Shown here: piece after piece, positions 26,669 through 36,536 of the stretch
Numbering within the stretch: position 1 is the stretch's first letter
Layout: each line of letters opens with the position of its first letter
Origin: a virus
Lineage: Duplodnaviria; Caudoviricetes
Length of the DNA: 64,000 nucleotides
Reading direction: 5' to 3' (one strand)
Virus record (IMG/VR): IMGVR_UViG_3300037067_012889
Coordinates: 64,001-128,000 of that record
Program-made: the position numbers and the translations under genes
The notes under the pieces: generated by a model
The model's input: the letters and a program-made list of their open reading frames with translations, nothing else
Told to the model about the DNA's origin: nothing
Database searches by the model: none

Positions 26669-27547
26669 ATGGATAAAATGCCCGATCAAGCCGTCGAAAA
26701 TATAGCGGCCCTCTTGGCCGCATCGTATCTGAACAAAGCTGGTGTCATTAGCTGCCAGTTTGTAATCAAACTGAAGCAACAGACGCCTGAAATAATCGCC
26801 GCCACGAATACCAAGCTTGTCGAGATGGGATATCCGGCGTACGACATCGACGCAAAGAAATCTCGCAACCGAAACAAGACGCGAGCACAACCAGCAGGAC
26901 ATCCTATCGCATTGTCTGGCGAGGACGCCGAGAAGGAACGGCAGATCATCGCCATGCTGGAAGAAATCCAGCGAGACAAAAACGCTGCCCAATCGTGGCT
27001 TGATACCGTCATCGGCGCTGAAAACCACTACCAGCAGAAGCTGCATGAACTCCGAGGGACCAAGTTCACCCCAAAACCCGATCCATATGTTGAAATTTAC
27101 GCACCGGCCCACGATCATGCTCGCAACAACCGAGCCGAACTGGCGGCAAGTTCCAAATGCGGTTGTTTCTTCTGCCGAGCCATCTTCGATCCAAAAATTA
27201 TTGCCGAATTCGCCGACAACGGGCAAACGGCCATATGCCCAAATTGCGGGGTCGATTCACTCATCGGCGACAAAGCCGGATACGAACTGAACAACGAATT
27301 TCTTATCGCTATGTTCAGGCGGTGGTTTGCAGTGCCAATCCGGATCCGTAAGATCCGGGAATTGAACCCTATGGCTATTGCACCTCCAACAGTACCTCCT
27401 GCTATTGCACCTCCAATACCTCCTGCACCACCGGCCCCCGAGCCGGAGCCGGAGCCGGAATTGCCCGAAATCGATGACGAGAAGTTGGCCGGTCTTGGTA
27501 GTAAGTTGATTGCCAACCTCCCGGCCGATGACGAAGAGGATATGTAG
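26669..27547 (+). CDS. zinc-binding domain protein with Pro-rich linker and acidic tail
   Basis: CGCFFC..IF...TAICPNCGVDS.IGD motif. Confidence 0.7.
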   Translation: MDKMPDQAVENIAALLAASYLNKAGVISCQFVIKLKQQTPEIIAATNTKLVEMGYPAYDIDAKKSRNRNKTRAQPAGHPIALSGEDAEKERQIIAMLEEIQRDKNAAQSWLDTVIGAENHYQQKLHELRGTKFTPKPDPYVEIYAPAHDHARNNRAELAASSKCGCFFCRAIFDPKIIAEFADNGQTAICPNCGVDSLIGDKAGYELNNEFLIAMFRRWFAVPIRIRKIRELNPMAIAPPTVPPAIAPPIPPAPPAPEPEPEPELPEIDDEKLAGLGSKLIANLPADDEEDM

Positions 27548-27568
27548 TTATTCTTGAAACGTGAAGCG

Positions 27569-27607
27569 AAACGGGGCGTGTTGGAGAAATTCAGCACGCC
27601 CCGTTTT
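27569..27607 (+). terminator. intrinsic terminator overlapping next promoter
   Basis: AAACGGGGCGTG / CACGCCCCGTTTT. Confidence 0.75.
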
Positions 27608-27635
27608 CGTGCCATAACGTACTGGAGGAGTCTAA

Positions 27636-27839
27636 ATGCAAGACGAATGTTTAGTGATTTGTAAAGACGACGGTGTGTACTATGTGGCTACTCGCCAACT
27701 TATGACACAGTCGGATGCCGAAGAATACGTCAAGCGTTGCGATCCCAGCCGCGAACCCATTATCGTGCATCCAAATCGCAATTGGCAACTGCGGTCAGCC
27801 TCAATCGCCGCAGCGTGGCGAGCAACTCTTGGTCTTTGA
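27636..27839 (+). CDS. hypothetical protein
   Basis: promoter; GGAGGAG RBS. Confidence 0.65.
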   Translation: MQDECLVICKDDGVYYVATRQLMTQSDAEEYVKRCDPSREPIIVHPNRNWQLRSASIAAAWRATLGL

Positions 27840-27846
27840 GACAACG

Positions 27847-28200
27847 ATGCCAGAACATGACGAACAATGGCAATGGATTGTCGATCTGACAACCGATGAG
27901 CCGAAGCTACCACCTCGGCCGCAGTCAAAGACCGATAAAGAAGACGAGAGGAAGGTATACGCTCTTCTGCACAAACGCATGTGGACCTGTGCAGAAGAGC
28001 GTATAGGCAGATGGATAGGGTTTGTAACCGCAGTGTTGTTTTGGGGCATGATGGCCATTTCCTATTACAATTACACCATGCAGCCAAAGCCTGTTATGTA
28101 TTATGACGCCGACACTCAGACGATGAAGCCAATTCCTGGACTCTACAAAGTAGGCGGGAAAGAGATGTTTCTACAGGTTAAAGATGAGAAAACAAAGTAG
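27847..28200 (+). CDS. single-TM hypothetical protein
   Basis: WIGFVTAVLFWGMMAISYY hydrophobic segment. Confidence 0.55.
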   Translation: MPEHDEQWQWIVDLTTDEPKLPPRPQSKTDKEDERKVYALLHKRMWTCAEERIGRWIGFVTAVLFWGMMAISYYNYTMQPKPVMYYDADTQTMKPIPGLYKVGGKEMFLQVKDEKTK

Positions 28201-28354
28201 GATTACCTTCGCAGAACTCGATAAACCCATGCTTGCTTGGTATAGCTTCAAATGGTTTATCATTTGGAGTGGCCGAATCCTGACATTGGGTCTGGCAGTC
28301 ATCGTCGCTATCACTGCTTTGCTGGCGTCCTCTAAGAAATCCGATCAATCTTAA
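28184..28354 (+). CDS. small membrane protein (56 aa; not in track)
   Basis: manual translation; stop abuts palindrome 28355. Confidence 0.55.
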   Translation: MRKQSRITFAELDKPMLAWYSFKWFIIWSGRILTLGLAVIVAITALLASSKKSDQS

Positions 28355-28374
28355 TTTCCAACTTGGAAACCACT

Positions 28375-28641
28375 ATGAACGACATCCCCTGGTATCGATA
28401 CCTTCTATTCCCAGTCTGGCTTCTCTTGGTGACCGGACGTTTTGTCGCCAATCTATTCAGGCCAGATCCACCCGATTGGAAAGAAAAGCGAGCCGCATGG
28501 CTGGCAAAAGTAGAGGAGTCGGACGACCGGGCCAGAGCTCTGTCTGAGCTAAGTCCGGAAAATCAAGAGAAATTTAAACATCTCGCTCCTTGGCAGCAGA
28601 AGAAGTTCATAGCTGCTTTGAAGTCTAAGAAATGTATTTAA
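28375..28641 (+). CDS. hypothetical protein with N-terminal hydrophobic segment
   Basis: flanked by palindromes. Confidence 0.6.
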   Translation: MNDIPWYRYLLFPVWLLLVTGRFVANLFRPDPPDWKEKRAAWLAKVEESDDRARALSELSPENQEKFKHLAPWQQKKFIAALKSKKCI

Positions 28642-28671
28642 TTTCCATCATGGAAACCATAAGGATATAAG

Positions 28672-28878
28672 ATGTCTGGGAAGATAGAACTCGGTAAGGT
28701 AGTGGCCGGAACAGCATGTGTCAGAGAAGTCCGGTTAGATCCAGCAGGCAGACCGGTATTCTGCACGAGTTCAGCTGTAATGGCTATCAATACCAAGCCA
28801 CTATGTCAAAGACACGCCCAAGAGGCCATGCTTGCCTTTGAAGCTCAACAGACAGCGACGGCTAACGTGGCGTCTTAA
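28672..28878 (+). CDS. small putative zinc-finger protein
   Basis: C..C..LCQRH; flanked by palindromes. Confidence 0.6.
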   Translation: MSGKIELGKVVAGTACVREVRLDPAGRPVFCTSSAVMAINTKPLCQRHAQEAMLAFEAQQTATANVAS

Positions 28879-28908
28879 ATTTCCAAGGTGGAAATTCCAG
28901 GATATGAT

Positions 28909-29091
28909 ATGAATAAACCAGAATTAGATCTACTCAAAGCGGCCAAGGTATTATTAGCCTTGATGGACGATGTCCCACCAGATCCAACGCCGGGACTTAG
29001 TTACGAGCAAAATGACCGTTGTTTTGCTCGTTACGAGTTTGAAGACCTCCGTGCCGCCATCGCTAAAGTAGAAGGCAGCATGGAGGTCTAA
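28909..29091 (+). CDS. hypothetical protein
   Basis: DLLKAAK...LRAAIAKVEG phage-type motif; flanked by palindromes. Confidence 0.6.
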   Translation: MNKPELDLLKAAKVLLALMDDVPPDPTPGLSYEQNDRCFARYEFEDLRAAIAKVEGSMEV

Positions 29092-29121
29092 TTGTGGCGT
29101 CTTGAATTTCCAAGGTGGAAA

Positions 29122-29616
29122 CTACTTACCCATCTTCTTGCGATAATACAGATCGGTTCGCAGTTGCAAGATGTCGGTTCGCCCCAACTTCTTAGCAATC
29201 TTCTTGGTAATGGCCCAAGTAGCGCTCTCGACATACGGGAGCTTCTCGATCACACTGCAGTGACTTGGTTCGAGAGTATGCTTGCATTTTGCTTGGTCGG
29301 ATTTCAGGTCGTGAAACTCCTCCATCTCTGAGTGAGGAATAGACGAGTTACCCTTACTCAATTTGATGACTCCATGCCCCTTGCGATTCGAGGTTGCACG
29401 GACTCCTTTCTTCTTCTCGATAAGCTCATTCAGCTTATCACCAGCGTCGCCTTCCCAACTCGTCTCGCAAATCCAGGAGTCCTCCGTCTTCTTAGGCTTT
29501 GAACAGCCGAGAGGATGATGCTGACCAAGCTCCACGCGATCGATAGAAGTAGCGACCACCAACTCAATAGCCGTCTCACACGAACATTCAACACCATTCA
29601 ACTTGAAGTGATACAT
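29122..29616 (-). CDS. hypothetical protein
   Basis: 164-aa ORF; stop abuts palindrome 29107-29121. Confidence 0.65.
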   Translation of the reverse strand: MYHFKLNGVECSCETAIELVVATSIDRVELGQHHPLGCSKPKKTEDSWICETSWEGDAGDKLNELIEKKKGVRATSNRKGHGVIKLSKGNSSIPHSEMEEFHDLKSDQAKCKHTLEPSHCSVIEKLPYVESATWAITKKIAKKLGRTDILQLRTDLYYRKKMGK

Positions 29617-30715
29617 CTGAATATCTTAGGTTAGAGAGGTTTTCGCAGAGTTAACCGGTGTGCTCTTTCCAGAAAAAGATGCAGGATTTGTACCGGGATG
29701 CTGCAAAATGGAACTGGCTTATCAAAATAGCGAGCGGGATAGCCGTGTTTAATAATCGCCCGTCGAATCCGACGATTGTACGGTTTGCTCATAGGCTGCA
29801 TGTCGTTCTCAAATCATCTGAATAATCAAATATTTGAGAATTTGCTGAAAATGCCATCTTTTTAGTAATTGATTGTTCACACTATGTCAAATCATCCTTA
29901 ATGGAGATTCCAGATCGGCTGGGTTAGGGAGTAGTATGACTGCAGGCACAAGATGTGTCTCTTTAGTCTTCAAATTCCCGCTCCCAGCCGAGTCTATTCA
30001 TGCGGCTCTCTTTGTTGTGGCGTGCCGTCTGGATAGCGATTCCCAAACTAACACGCCTGTCACTACCGTCTTTAGACAGTGCCGCGAACATCTTGTTATA
30101 GCACGAATTGCATAATTTTTTAACTATGCAATTCGCCACTGTCGGGTTAATATAAATGGCTATCATTGGGGTATCATCCATATTTTGCGATAATATCGGT
30201 CGACCCCCACGAGCTTCCCGATATATCTCCGAGGCTTTCCTTTATATCTTCCGTGCATTCTCTGCATATCGTAAATAGTCTGAAAGGATAAAATCACGCA
30301 CGCACGGAAGATATAAGCGAGATACCAGGAAAGCAGGCTTTTCCCTTTCTTTTCATCTTGTTATTCTTTAGGTTTATATTTTCCTTTCAGTCGTTTACGG
30401 ATTGATAACTAAAAATGTATTATTGTGTCGACAATTAGACAACTTTTGTGGTATCTAAGTCCTATATTCTAAGCTCTAAATGCAGGTATAAAAATCGTTA
30501 TCTATCTGTGAAAACGCTCGCTTGTTCCATTGGATACTGAAAATCGTTTCGACACAGGATGGCCATCCTGGGCAAAACGACCTCAATACCGTATTAGTTT
30601 CAGGATGAAAAAACAACAAATTCACTAAACAGCAAGTAAAACCTGATTTCATCTTTTTCCTTCTTTTTCATTCTCCCGTTATGCTCTCTCCCGTCTCTTA
30701 CGCTCTTATCTCTTC

Positions 30716-31120
30716 TTATGGATGACTTTGTTGTTTCGAAATTGCTACGCTTCCTCTGAAATCTGCTAGAGTCATCTTATGTTCTTCTAATTCCTCAATC
30801 TTCTTAGCTGCCATTATAGCAAGCGTTTTAGGCGTCTCGGATCCACCTATCTTATCCAATGGAAAACCAAGTGCCTTACCAAGAATCTGCTTAACCTCAT
30901 AGTTCTGGCGTTCACATATGTCCAACTTTTGAAGCGTTTCACGAAGCTCATATTCGTTATCAACGCGTCTCTGTATGAGCCTATCCTCTATCTCTTCTAG
31001 GACGTCAGCGGCCAACTTAAGAGGGCGTAACACGTCCAACTCTGCTTGCTGTTGCTTTACGATGGCAAGAAGCTGTCTACGATGGGTGTTTGCATGGTCT
31101 AAATCTTTTCGTAAACTCAC
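30716..31120 (-). CDS. coiled-coil hypothetical protein
   Basis: AGGAG RBS; GTG start. Confidence 0.6.
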   Translation of the reverse strand: MSLRKDLDHANTHRRQLLAIVKQQQAELDVLRPLKLAADVLEEIEDRLIQRRVDNEYELRETLQKLDICERQNYEVKQILGKALGFPLDKIGGSETPKTLAIMAAKKIEELEEHKMTLADFRGSVAISKQQSHP

Positions 31121-32193
31121 TATAGTCTCCTATAGACTCTGTCATTTCCGAATCGCTGGCTTCCTCTGAAAATTGCTAGAGTCATCTTCCGGAAACGTTC
31201 TCACAAACTTCTGCTATGTCGTCTTCATCAACCTTAAACGACAATTCGGAAGCAACCTTCTTAGCGATTTCTTCACGCGTGGATTCCGGGTCACACTTAA
31301 CGGCCCAGTTGATAGCCGCATGGAATAATTCCATCTCCTTGGTTGTTAATAGCTTGGCCTTCATCACTTCGGGCTCCTGTTTAAATGCTTCATTCTTATA
31401 CCTAAGTACTTCCTCATCGGTGAAAGTGCAGCGATGGTCGGAAACCTCTTGCCATTTCTCGTTCGTTAAACCGTTCTTCCAGGAATCCCAGGTCTCATAC
31501 CAAGTCCAATAAGCAGGAGTAGCCTTACCGTCAGCGTCAAGCGGTTCGACTCCAAAACGGGGGAGTTCCTTAATGATCTCCAACTGTCGCGATTTTACCC
31601 TCTTAACGTCCTCATCAATAGCGGCATGTTCTATCTGAGGGATGCGTCCATTGCACATATCGTGCTTCATACGCCAGATAAAAGCACCACAGGCGTTAAT
31701 AGTAAGATATGCGTCAAGTTCCTTAAATTCAGAAGGATTCCTAACAGAAACATCGTCACTCATTTGTGAGTCCTTTTAATCATCCGGTTATGTATGAAAT
31801 GACTTTCTCATAAGCATTGTGCATTGAAAGACTATATAGGGGATTCTCGAAGCTAAACTGGCTTCGAGAGCTAACGAGACTGAACACAATGCGATTCAAT
31901 TCACTACGCCAGTACTCGTTCAAATAAAAGCCCGATAGACCTGCCTCGAAAACGCCGTCAAGTCCAAAGGAATTAACTTGATAATATGGACCTGTGTTTG
32001 ACCACATACAAGACTGCCACCAAAGGGTTCCAGGAGAATTAGATTGAAATTGGATTACCATCAAACTCCTCAAAATTATTGCGGGGGTTAGCTATGGCAA
32101 CAGACTATATAATACCCGGTGTAACGAGACTCATAAGATAGAATCTATTGTTTACGAATCGCTACGCTTCCTCTCGAAAACCGCTAGAGTCAT
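30738..32193 (-). repeat. three copies of a ~38-bp repeat (30738-30778, 31150-31188, 32156-32193)
   Basis: minus-strand consensus TGACTCTAGC-N6/7-AGAGGAAGC(G)YAGCRATT(T)C. Confidence 0.8.
31182..31763 (-). CDS. hypothetical protein
   Basis: 193-aa ORF; AGGA RBS. Confidence 0.7.
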   Translation of the reverse strand: MSDDVSVRNPSEFKELDAYLTINACGAFIWRMKHDMCNGRIPQIEHAAIDEDVKRVKSRQLEIIKELPRFGVEPLDADGKATPAYWTWYETWDSWKNGLTNEKWQEVSDHRCTFTDEEVLRYKNEAFKQEPEVMKAKLLTTKEMELFHAAINWAVKCDPESTREEIAKKVASELSFKVDEDDIAEVCENVSGR

Positions 32194-32570
32194 TTAGTGT
32201 CCTTGCAATTATCGCACTTCCACATACATGGCAATTCGACAGCAATAAGATCACTAGATTCACACCACATTTTACAGAATGGGCATTGTTCTATGTGTGA
32301 GTCCAATGCCGCTGCTCGAAATTCTTCCAAAGTCCATCCCATCTTCTTCTGAATTCTGTCGGCTCCGTCCAGGAAGTATAGGATGAGTTCCTTCTGCTGT
32401 TCGGTGAGTTTGTGGCTCTCCTTCTCCTTATTAATGATGTCATCGACCTCTTGAAGAATCGATGCAGCACCGCAAGAGCAGTCGGGGTGATAATAACATT
32501 CGTCAGTATGACGAACATATTCCTTCATCTTAGCCAGGAGCCTTATCATTTTCTTTTCTAGCTCTGTCAT
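32190..32570 (-). CDS. Cys/His-rich protein, paralog A
   Basis: RH..C..CSCG and QCPFCK.WC..C..C motifs. Confidence 0.7.
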   Translation of the reverse strand: MTELEKKMIRLLAKMKEYVRHTDECYYHPDCSCGAASILQEVDDIINKEKESHKLTEQQKELILYFLDGADRIQKKMGWTLEEFRAAALDSHIEQCPFCKMWCESSDLIAVELPCMWKCDNCKDTK

Positions 32571-32967
32571 AATCTTCCCCCTTGGCAGTACGTTCCTGAT
32601 ATTGCCAAATCATTTTCTGGCCGATAGACATAATGCCCAGGGCACTACGTCCACATCCCTTATTGTGCTCGTTAGCGTAGGATTGTTGCTGGATTTGAAA
32701 ATCGATAGGAAGGCCCGTCATCTTCTGGCCGAGAGTGGCATAGGCAAGACACAAAGAGACCCATTTGGGATTTCGCTCATCGGGCTTTCCGAATTCCATC
32801 CTCTCCCATTCCTCGTCACCGAGAATGACGCGAACATCAACGTCGCGCCACGTCTTACCCTCTAATGCGGAGCCTACTAGATAGGGATATTCCCCGAATG
32901 CGTGATAGACAAGCAAACCAAACTCGTCCAACCACAACGATGCAGGCATACCAGTTCCAACAGGCAT
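32530..32967 (-). CDS. minimal Pol-beta-family nucleotidyltransferase-like protein
   Basis: YLVGS......RDVDVR...IDFQIQ (GS, DxD and third Asp). Confidence 0.6.
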   Translation of the reverse strand: MPVGTGMPASLWLDEFGLLVYHAFGEYPYLVGSALEGKTWRDVDVRVILGDEEWERMEFGKPDERNPKWVSLCLAYATLGQKMTGLPIDFQIQQQSYANEHNKGCGRSALGIMSIGQKMIWQYQERTAKGEDYDRARKENDKAPG

Positions 32968-32973
32968 ATAAAC

Positions 32974-33348
32974 CTACCTACACTTATTGCAGCGACCATC
33001 ATACTCGCCTTCGCTGATAAGATCGTCATCGTCGCACCATATCTTACAGTTCGGACATTGTCCTAAATGTGCTTCAGACACGGCCGCATTAAATTCGTCG
33101 ATGGTCCACCCTGTTTGTGTCATAACTTTAGAAGGACCATCTAAATAAGATATGAGGAGGTTCTTATGATCCTCGGTGAGCTTATAGCTGTCTTTAATCT
33201 CCTCAACAAGACCCGCCATGTCTTGAAGAAGATCGGAGACGCCACAGGTACATTTAGAGGGATTCGAGCAGGGGCACGTTTCTGAATGGCGAACATGTGC
33301 CGCCGACTTTCTGACCATATCAGATATTCTATCTAGTAAAGATGTCAT
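32974..33348 (-). CDS. Cys/His-rich protein, paralog B
   Basis: aligns by eye with 32190..32570 over its length. Confidence 0.7.
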   Translation of the reverse strand: MTSLLDRISDMVRKSAAHVRHSETCPCSNPSKCTCGVSDLLQDMAGLVEEIKDSYKLTEDHKNLLISYLDGPSKVMTQTGWTIDEFNAAVSEAHLGQCPNCKIWCDDDDLISEGEYDGRCNKCR

Positions 33349-33354
33349 AATCTT

Positions 33355-33771
33355 CTATTCCTCCACATGGTTGCTATTGTTATCTATTTTACCGTGCTCC
33401 GCATACTTCATTTCGACACCATTCTCATACCGCGCTGCCCTTATTACCCCTATCCCTGCTCTCTCGGCTTGTCGAATCATGTCGGCCGTACCCCTACCTC
33501 CTGGAAAAGCCATAACGAGGTCTGGCTTTTCTTCAAGCATCTCCCTATTCCTTATTGGTCCGGCCGACCTTCCATATTTATCCCATTTAGCAAGATGGAT
33601 AGAAATATGAATATTATTATCTCGTGCCCACTTATCAGCTAGAGAATCTGCTCCTCGTGCACCGCCATGTATGAGAGTGTCGATAGGATTTTCCTTATGT
33701 AAACCGTCCAAGACGGTCTTAAGCATCTCGTAGTCATCAAAATCTCTACCACCAGTCACGAGGATCTTCAT
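33355..33771 (-). CDS. DUF2493 / YspA-like SLOG family protein
   Basis: KILVTGGRD, IHGGARGAD, AGPIRN..ML, AFPGGRGTADM. Confidence 0.88.
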   Translation of the reverse strand: MKILVTGGRDFDDYEMLKTVLDGLHKENPIDTLIHGGARGADSLADKWARDNNIHISIHLAKWDKYGRSAGPIRNREMLEEKPDLVMAFPGGRGTADMIRQAERAGIGVIRAARYENGVEMKYAEHGKIDNNSNHVEE

Positions 33772-33783
33772 AATCTCACACCA

Positions 33784-35177
33784 TTACGATTCGTCATTCC
33801 TGAAACCATCGTCGTCTTCTCCATGCCCTTCCAGCGTTTTCCTTGCTATTTCCACGGCCCTCTCTGCTATCAGACGGTAAGAGGAGCAAGCACGCTCAAA
33901 ATGCCCTTCTCTTGAAAAGGAAGCGGCTTTCTTTAAGTCTACCTCAAAAGAGGCAATCTGCCCCAAATAATGTCGAAATCTTCTATCTTCTTCCTGAAGA
34001 CCAGTAGTAACAAGGCGCAATCTCGCAAGTTCTGCCTGACTATATGCTTTTCTCTTTCCGTTCATATAATAATCCTAATTAAGCTCGATACGCCTCTGCA
34101 ATTCTCTTCGCACGCTGTCAAAGAATGAGGATATTATATAGTCGGGAGAAATCCCTTCCTCCACTGCTTTTCGCGCTTTCTCTTTTTCACCTATCAGCTG
34201 ATCCCGGTGCTTTGCAAATGCAGGATTTGCAATAATCTTATCGAATAGCTGACACATCTCTTCTAGTGTCATCTTCCATCTCCACTAGTTCGACTAATGC
34301 AATAGATTTAGGAAGACTCATGTAATATTGGTGAAAGACCTTTATAGCTACCAATCTATCCATAGCATATTTATCTGTGTTATTAATGTCGCCCAATAAG
34401 AGTGTGGCTAATTCAACGTCCTCGTCTTCAAATGCGTAATTTTCGTGTGACTTCATATACTTATTTCTCACACTTGTGCAGTATCGTCAGTACGTTTAAT
34501 TCCCAAATCGTCGGCAATAGTATCTCTCATGCCGCGAAGTCTTTCAATAAGCCTGCCCTCACGACGTGGAATACTAGAGAGGTCGAAAGGTTGTGATATA
34601 CTATACTTATTTGCTATATAACCCTCAATCTCAAGTAATATGTCTTCTATCGCCTTGTATGTCCTTGTGGCGTCTGCTTTCTTCACGCATCCTCTCCCTA
34701 TTCTACTAATGGATCTATGGCATCAACAATCTGCCAGTCAGCATACTCTACACCTTTGCATTCTCTCAGTATCGCCTTTATAGCATAGTGATCACCAGAT
34801 CTAGCTCTTTCAAGTGCATTCGTAAACGATATATCGTCGAAACAGCTTAACTCATCGAGGGTTTTGAAAAGCTGTTGCATAGCCGCTCTTTGCTGCTCTG
34901 GCGAATCGGCAAGCCAATACTCATTATCATTTTTCGCGTGATAGACAAGTATCTTCATTATCTTATCCTACGAATGTTCAACCACTTCCCATATAGAATA
35001 TGGGATAAGAGTAACGACATCACACTCTACGACGGCTATTTCTTCTATTGGGAAATATACGGCGCACATATTATAGCCAAATACGGCATAAGTATCGTCC
35101 GACCTGATAAAGAATCCTACATATGAAACGCCAGCATATAGAATTCTATACAATTGTCCCCGTTGTAATTCATCCAT
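33784..35177 (-). other. run of six small hypothetical genes (33784-34065, 34075-34272, 34238-34471, 34468-34686, 34698-34958, 34968-35177)
   Basis: tightly packed same-strand ORFs with RBS-like sites or overlaps. Confidence 0.55.
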
Positions 35178-35442
35178 CTTTATGTTCTTTGATTCTCTTC
35201 TCTGCCTGTTCTCTGGAACTCACTTCGATAGCCCCAAGTCTCACGGCTTTTAGTCTTCGCCCATTAGTAAGATCGTAATGTGGATGGCGTCGGTGATCCT
35301 GAAACCATGAACGACTTAATCCTATACTTATGGCGAATTCGTGTAGTTCTTCAAGCGTATCGGCTGTCAAATGACACGCTTGAAGATATGGCCACTTGCG
35401 AGATTTCTCTGTGTTAAAAAGTTCATCAACATATACAGCCAT
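35170..35442 (-). CDS. DUF4031 family protein
   Basis: MAVYVD...CHL.ADTLEELH.FA..IGL.R.WFQ...HYDL...RR..A...GA. Confidence 0.88.
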   Translation of the reverse strand: MAVYVDELFNTEKSRKWPYLQACHLTADTLEELHEFAISIGLSRSWFQDHRRHPHYDLTNGRRLKAVRLGAIEVSSREQAEKRIKEHKDG

Positions 35443-35722
35443 ATTCTGACTTATTACTCCAAAAAGATGATTCGCTCACCATAAAAATTCCTCTATTTCG
35501 TCCAATACATTGCCATTAGGAACGATTAATCCTTCGTCCTTCTTAATGGCTATGCATTCGTCGCATAGACAGAATATGAATTTATATGTGTCGAATTTGC
35601 TACCATAATTGCATGTGACTTCCCATGAATTACCACCACCAAGCAACCCCATCCATGGTTGCTTGGTATTGTTTCCAAATTCGACTTCTAATTCTTTTCC
35701 ACAAATAAGACATCTTGCCATT

Positions 35723-35986
35723 CTATTGCTTAAACGGTTTGAGAGGAGGTGGTACAGGACTATCATTCGACCGAGCAGCTTCGCCACAGGATAGATGAGG
35801 AGAACCTGGGATACTCTTACATCCATACCATTGTTCTCTCGCACACACTGCTTCATTAAAAGCGGAGAGACACTTATGTATATAGATAGCTAGTATGAAA
35901 TCTGGCGTGTTACTGCCATTCTCAATCGAATATTTGTTAATAAGATGCTCTAACTCTTTGACAAATCCTGGCTCTTCTGAAACCAT
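35723..35986 (-). CDS. conserved phage hypothetical protein
   Basis: LIN.YS.ENGSNTPDFILA.Y...CL motif. Confidence 0.65.
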   Translation of the reverse strand: MVSEEPGFVKELEHLINKYSIENGSNTPDFILAIYIHKCLSAFNEAVCAREQWYGCKSIPGSPHLSCGEAARSNDSPVPPPLKPFKQ

Positions 35987-36376
35987 TTATTCTGTCTCCT
36001 GCTTTGTCTGATAACATCTTGCTAATGGGACATCTGGAGCAAGATGCATAGGTGCGTGATTCCAAACACTTTGTGTCTCATTTCTAGCACTCGCTGTAGT
36101 TTGTCGGATGACGCATTCGAGATCGTAGGCAACTTTGAAATTGGTCCTGACATTCTCACTAGAAATACCGTGAGACCCATTATGTGGATGGCCAAGGATC
36201 TTCTTAATATCCCTACAACATTTGGTTATACAATCATTCTGATCGCAAGTAGTATCCCCGTCCGACAGAAGATGGCCAACCTCTTCAATCTGCCCGATGC
36301 CAACCCTAACATAGAGATCCAGCGCGGCTGTTAAGATCCTTATCTGATCGTCACTCATCTCTAAGTTGTACATCAT
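35987..36376 (-). CDS. hypothetical protein
   Basis: ALDLY.R.GIGQ motif; GGAG RBS; promoter at 36507. Confidence 0.65.
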   Translation of the reverse strand: MMYNLEMSDDQIRILTAALDLYVRVGIGQIEEVGHLLSDGDTTCDQNDCITKCCRDIKKILGHPHNGSHGISSENVRTNFKVAYDLECVIRQTTASARNETQSVWNHAPMHLAPDVPLARCYQTKQETE

Positions 36377-36536
36377 TATCTCCGTCTAGAAGAATAATAC
36401 GCTCAGTAGTGGCTATATCGGCCACTCTAGCTGTGGGTGTGGGAATGATATGGGTACTTACGACTTCCCCATTTCTGATGTGCTCAATAGTGAAGACGCC
36501 CGCAAACTTATAGCACGAAGAGTCGTCCATTTGAAT

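Larger units (their letters stand above)
369..29121. repeat. dispersed 15-bp palindrome TTTCCA-N3-TGGAAA, 13 copies (starts 369, 638, 874, 1151, 1472, 8160, 9688, 12063, 24437, 28355, 28642, 28880, 29107)
   Basis: 11 perfect and 2 one-mismatch copies read directly; 12 of 13 lie 0-14 nt after a stop codon. Confidence 0.9.
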
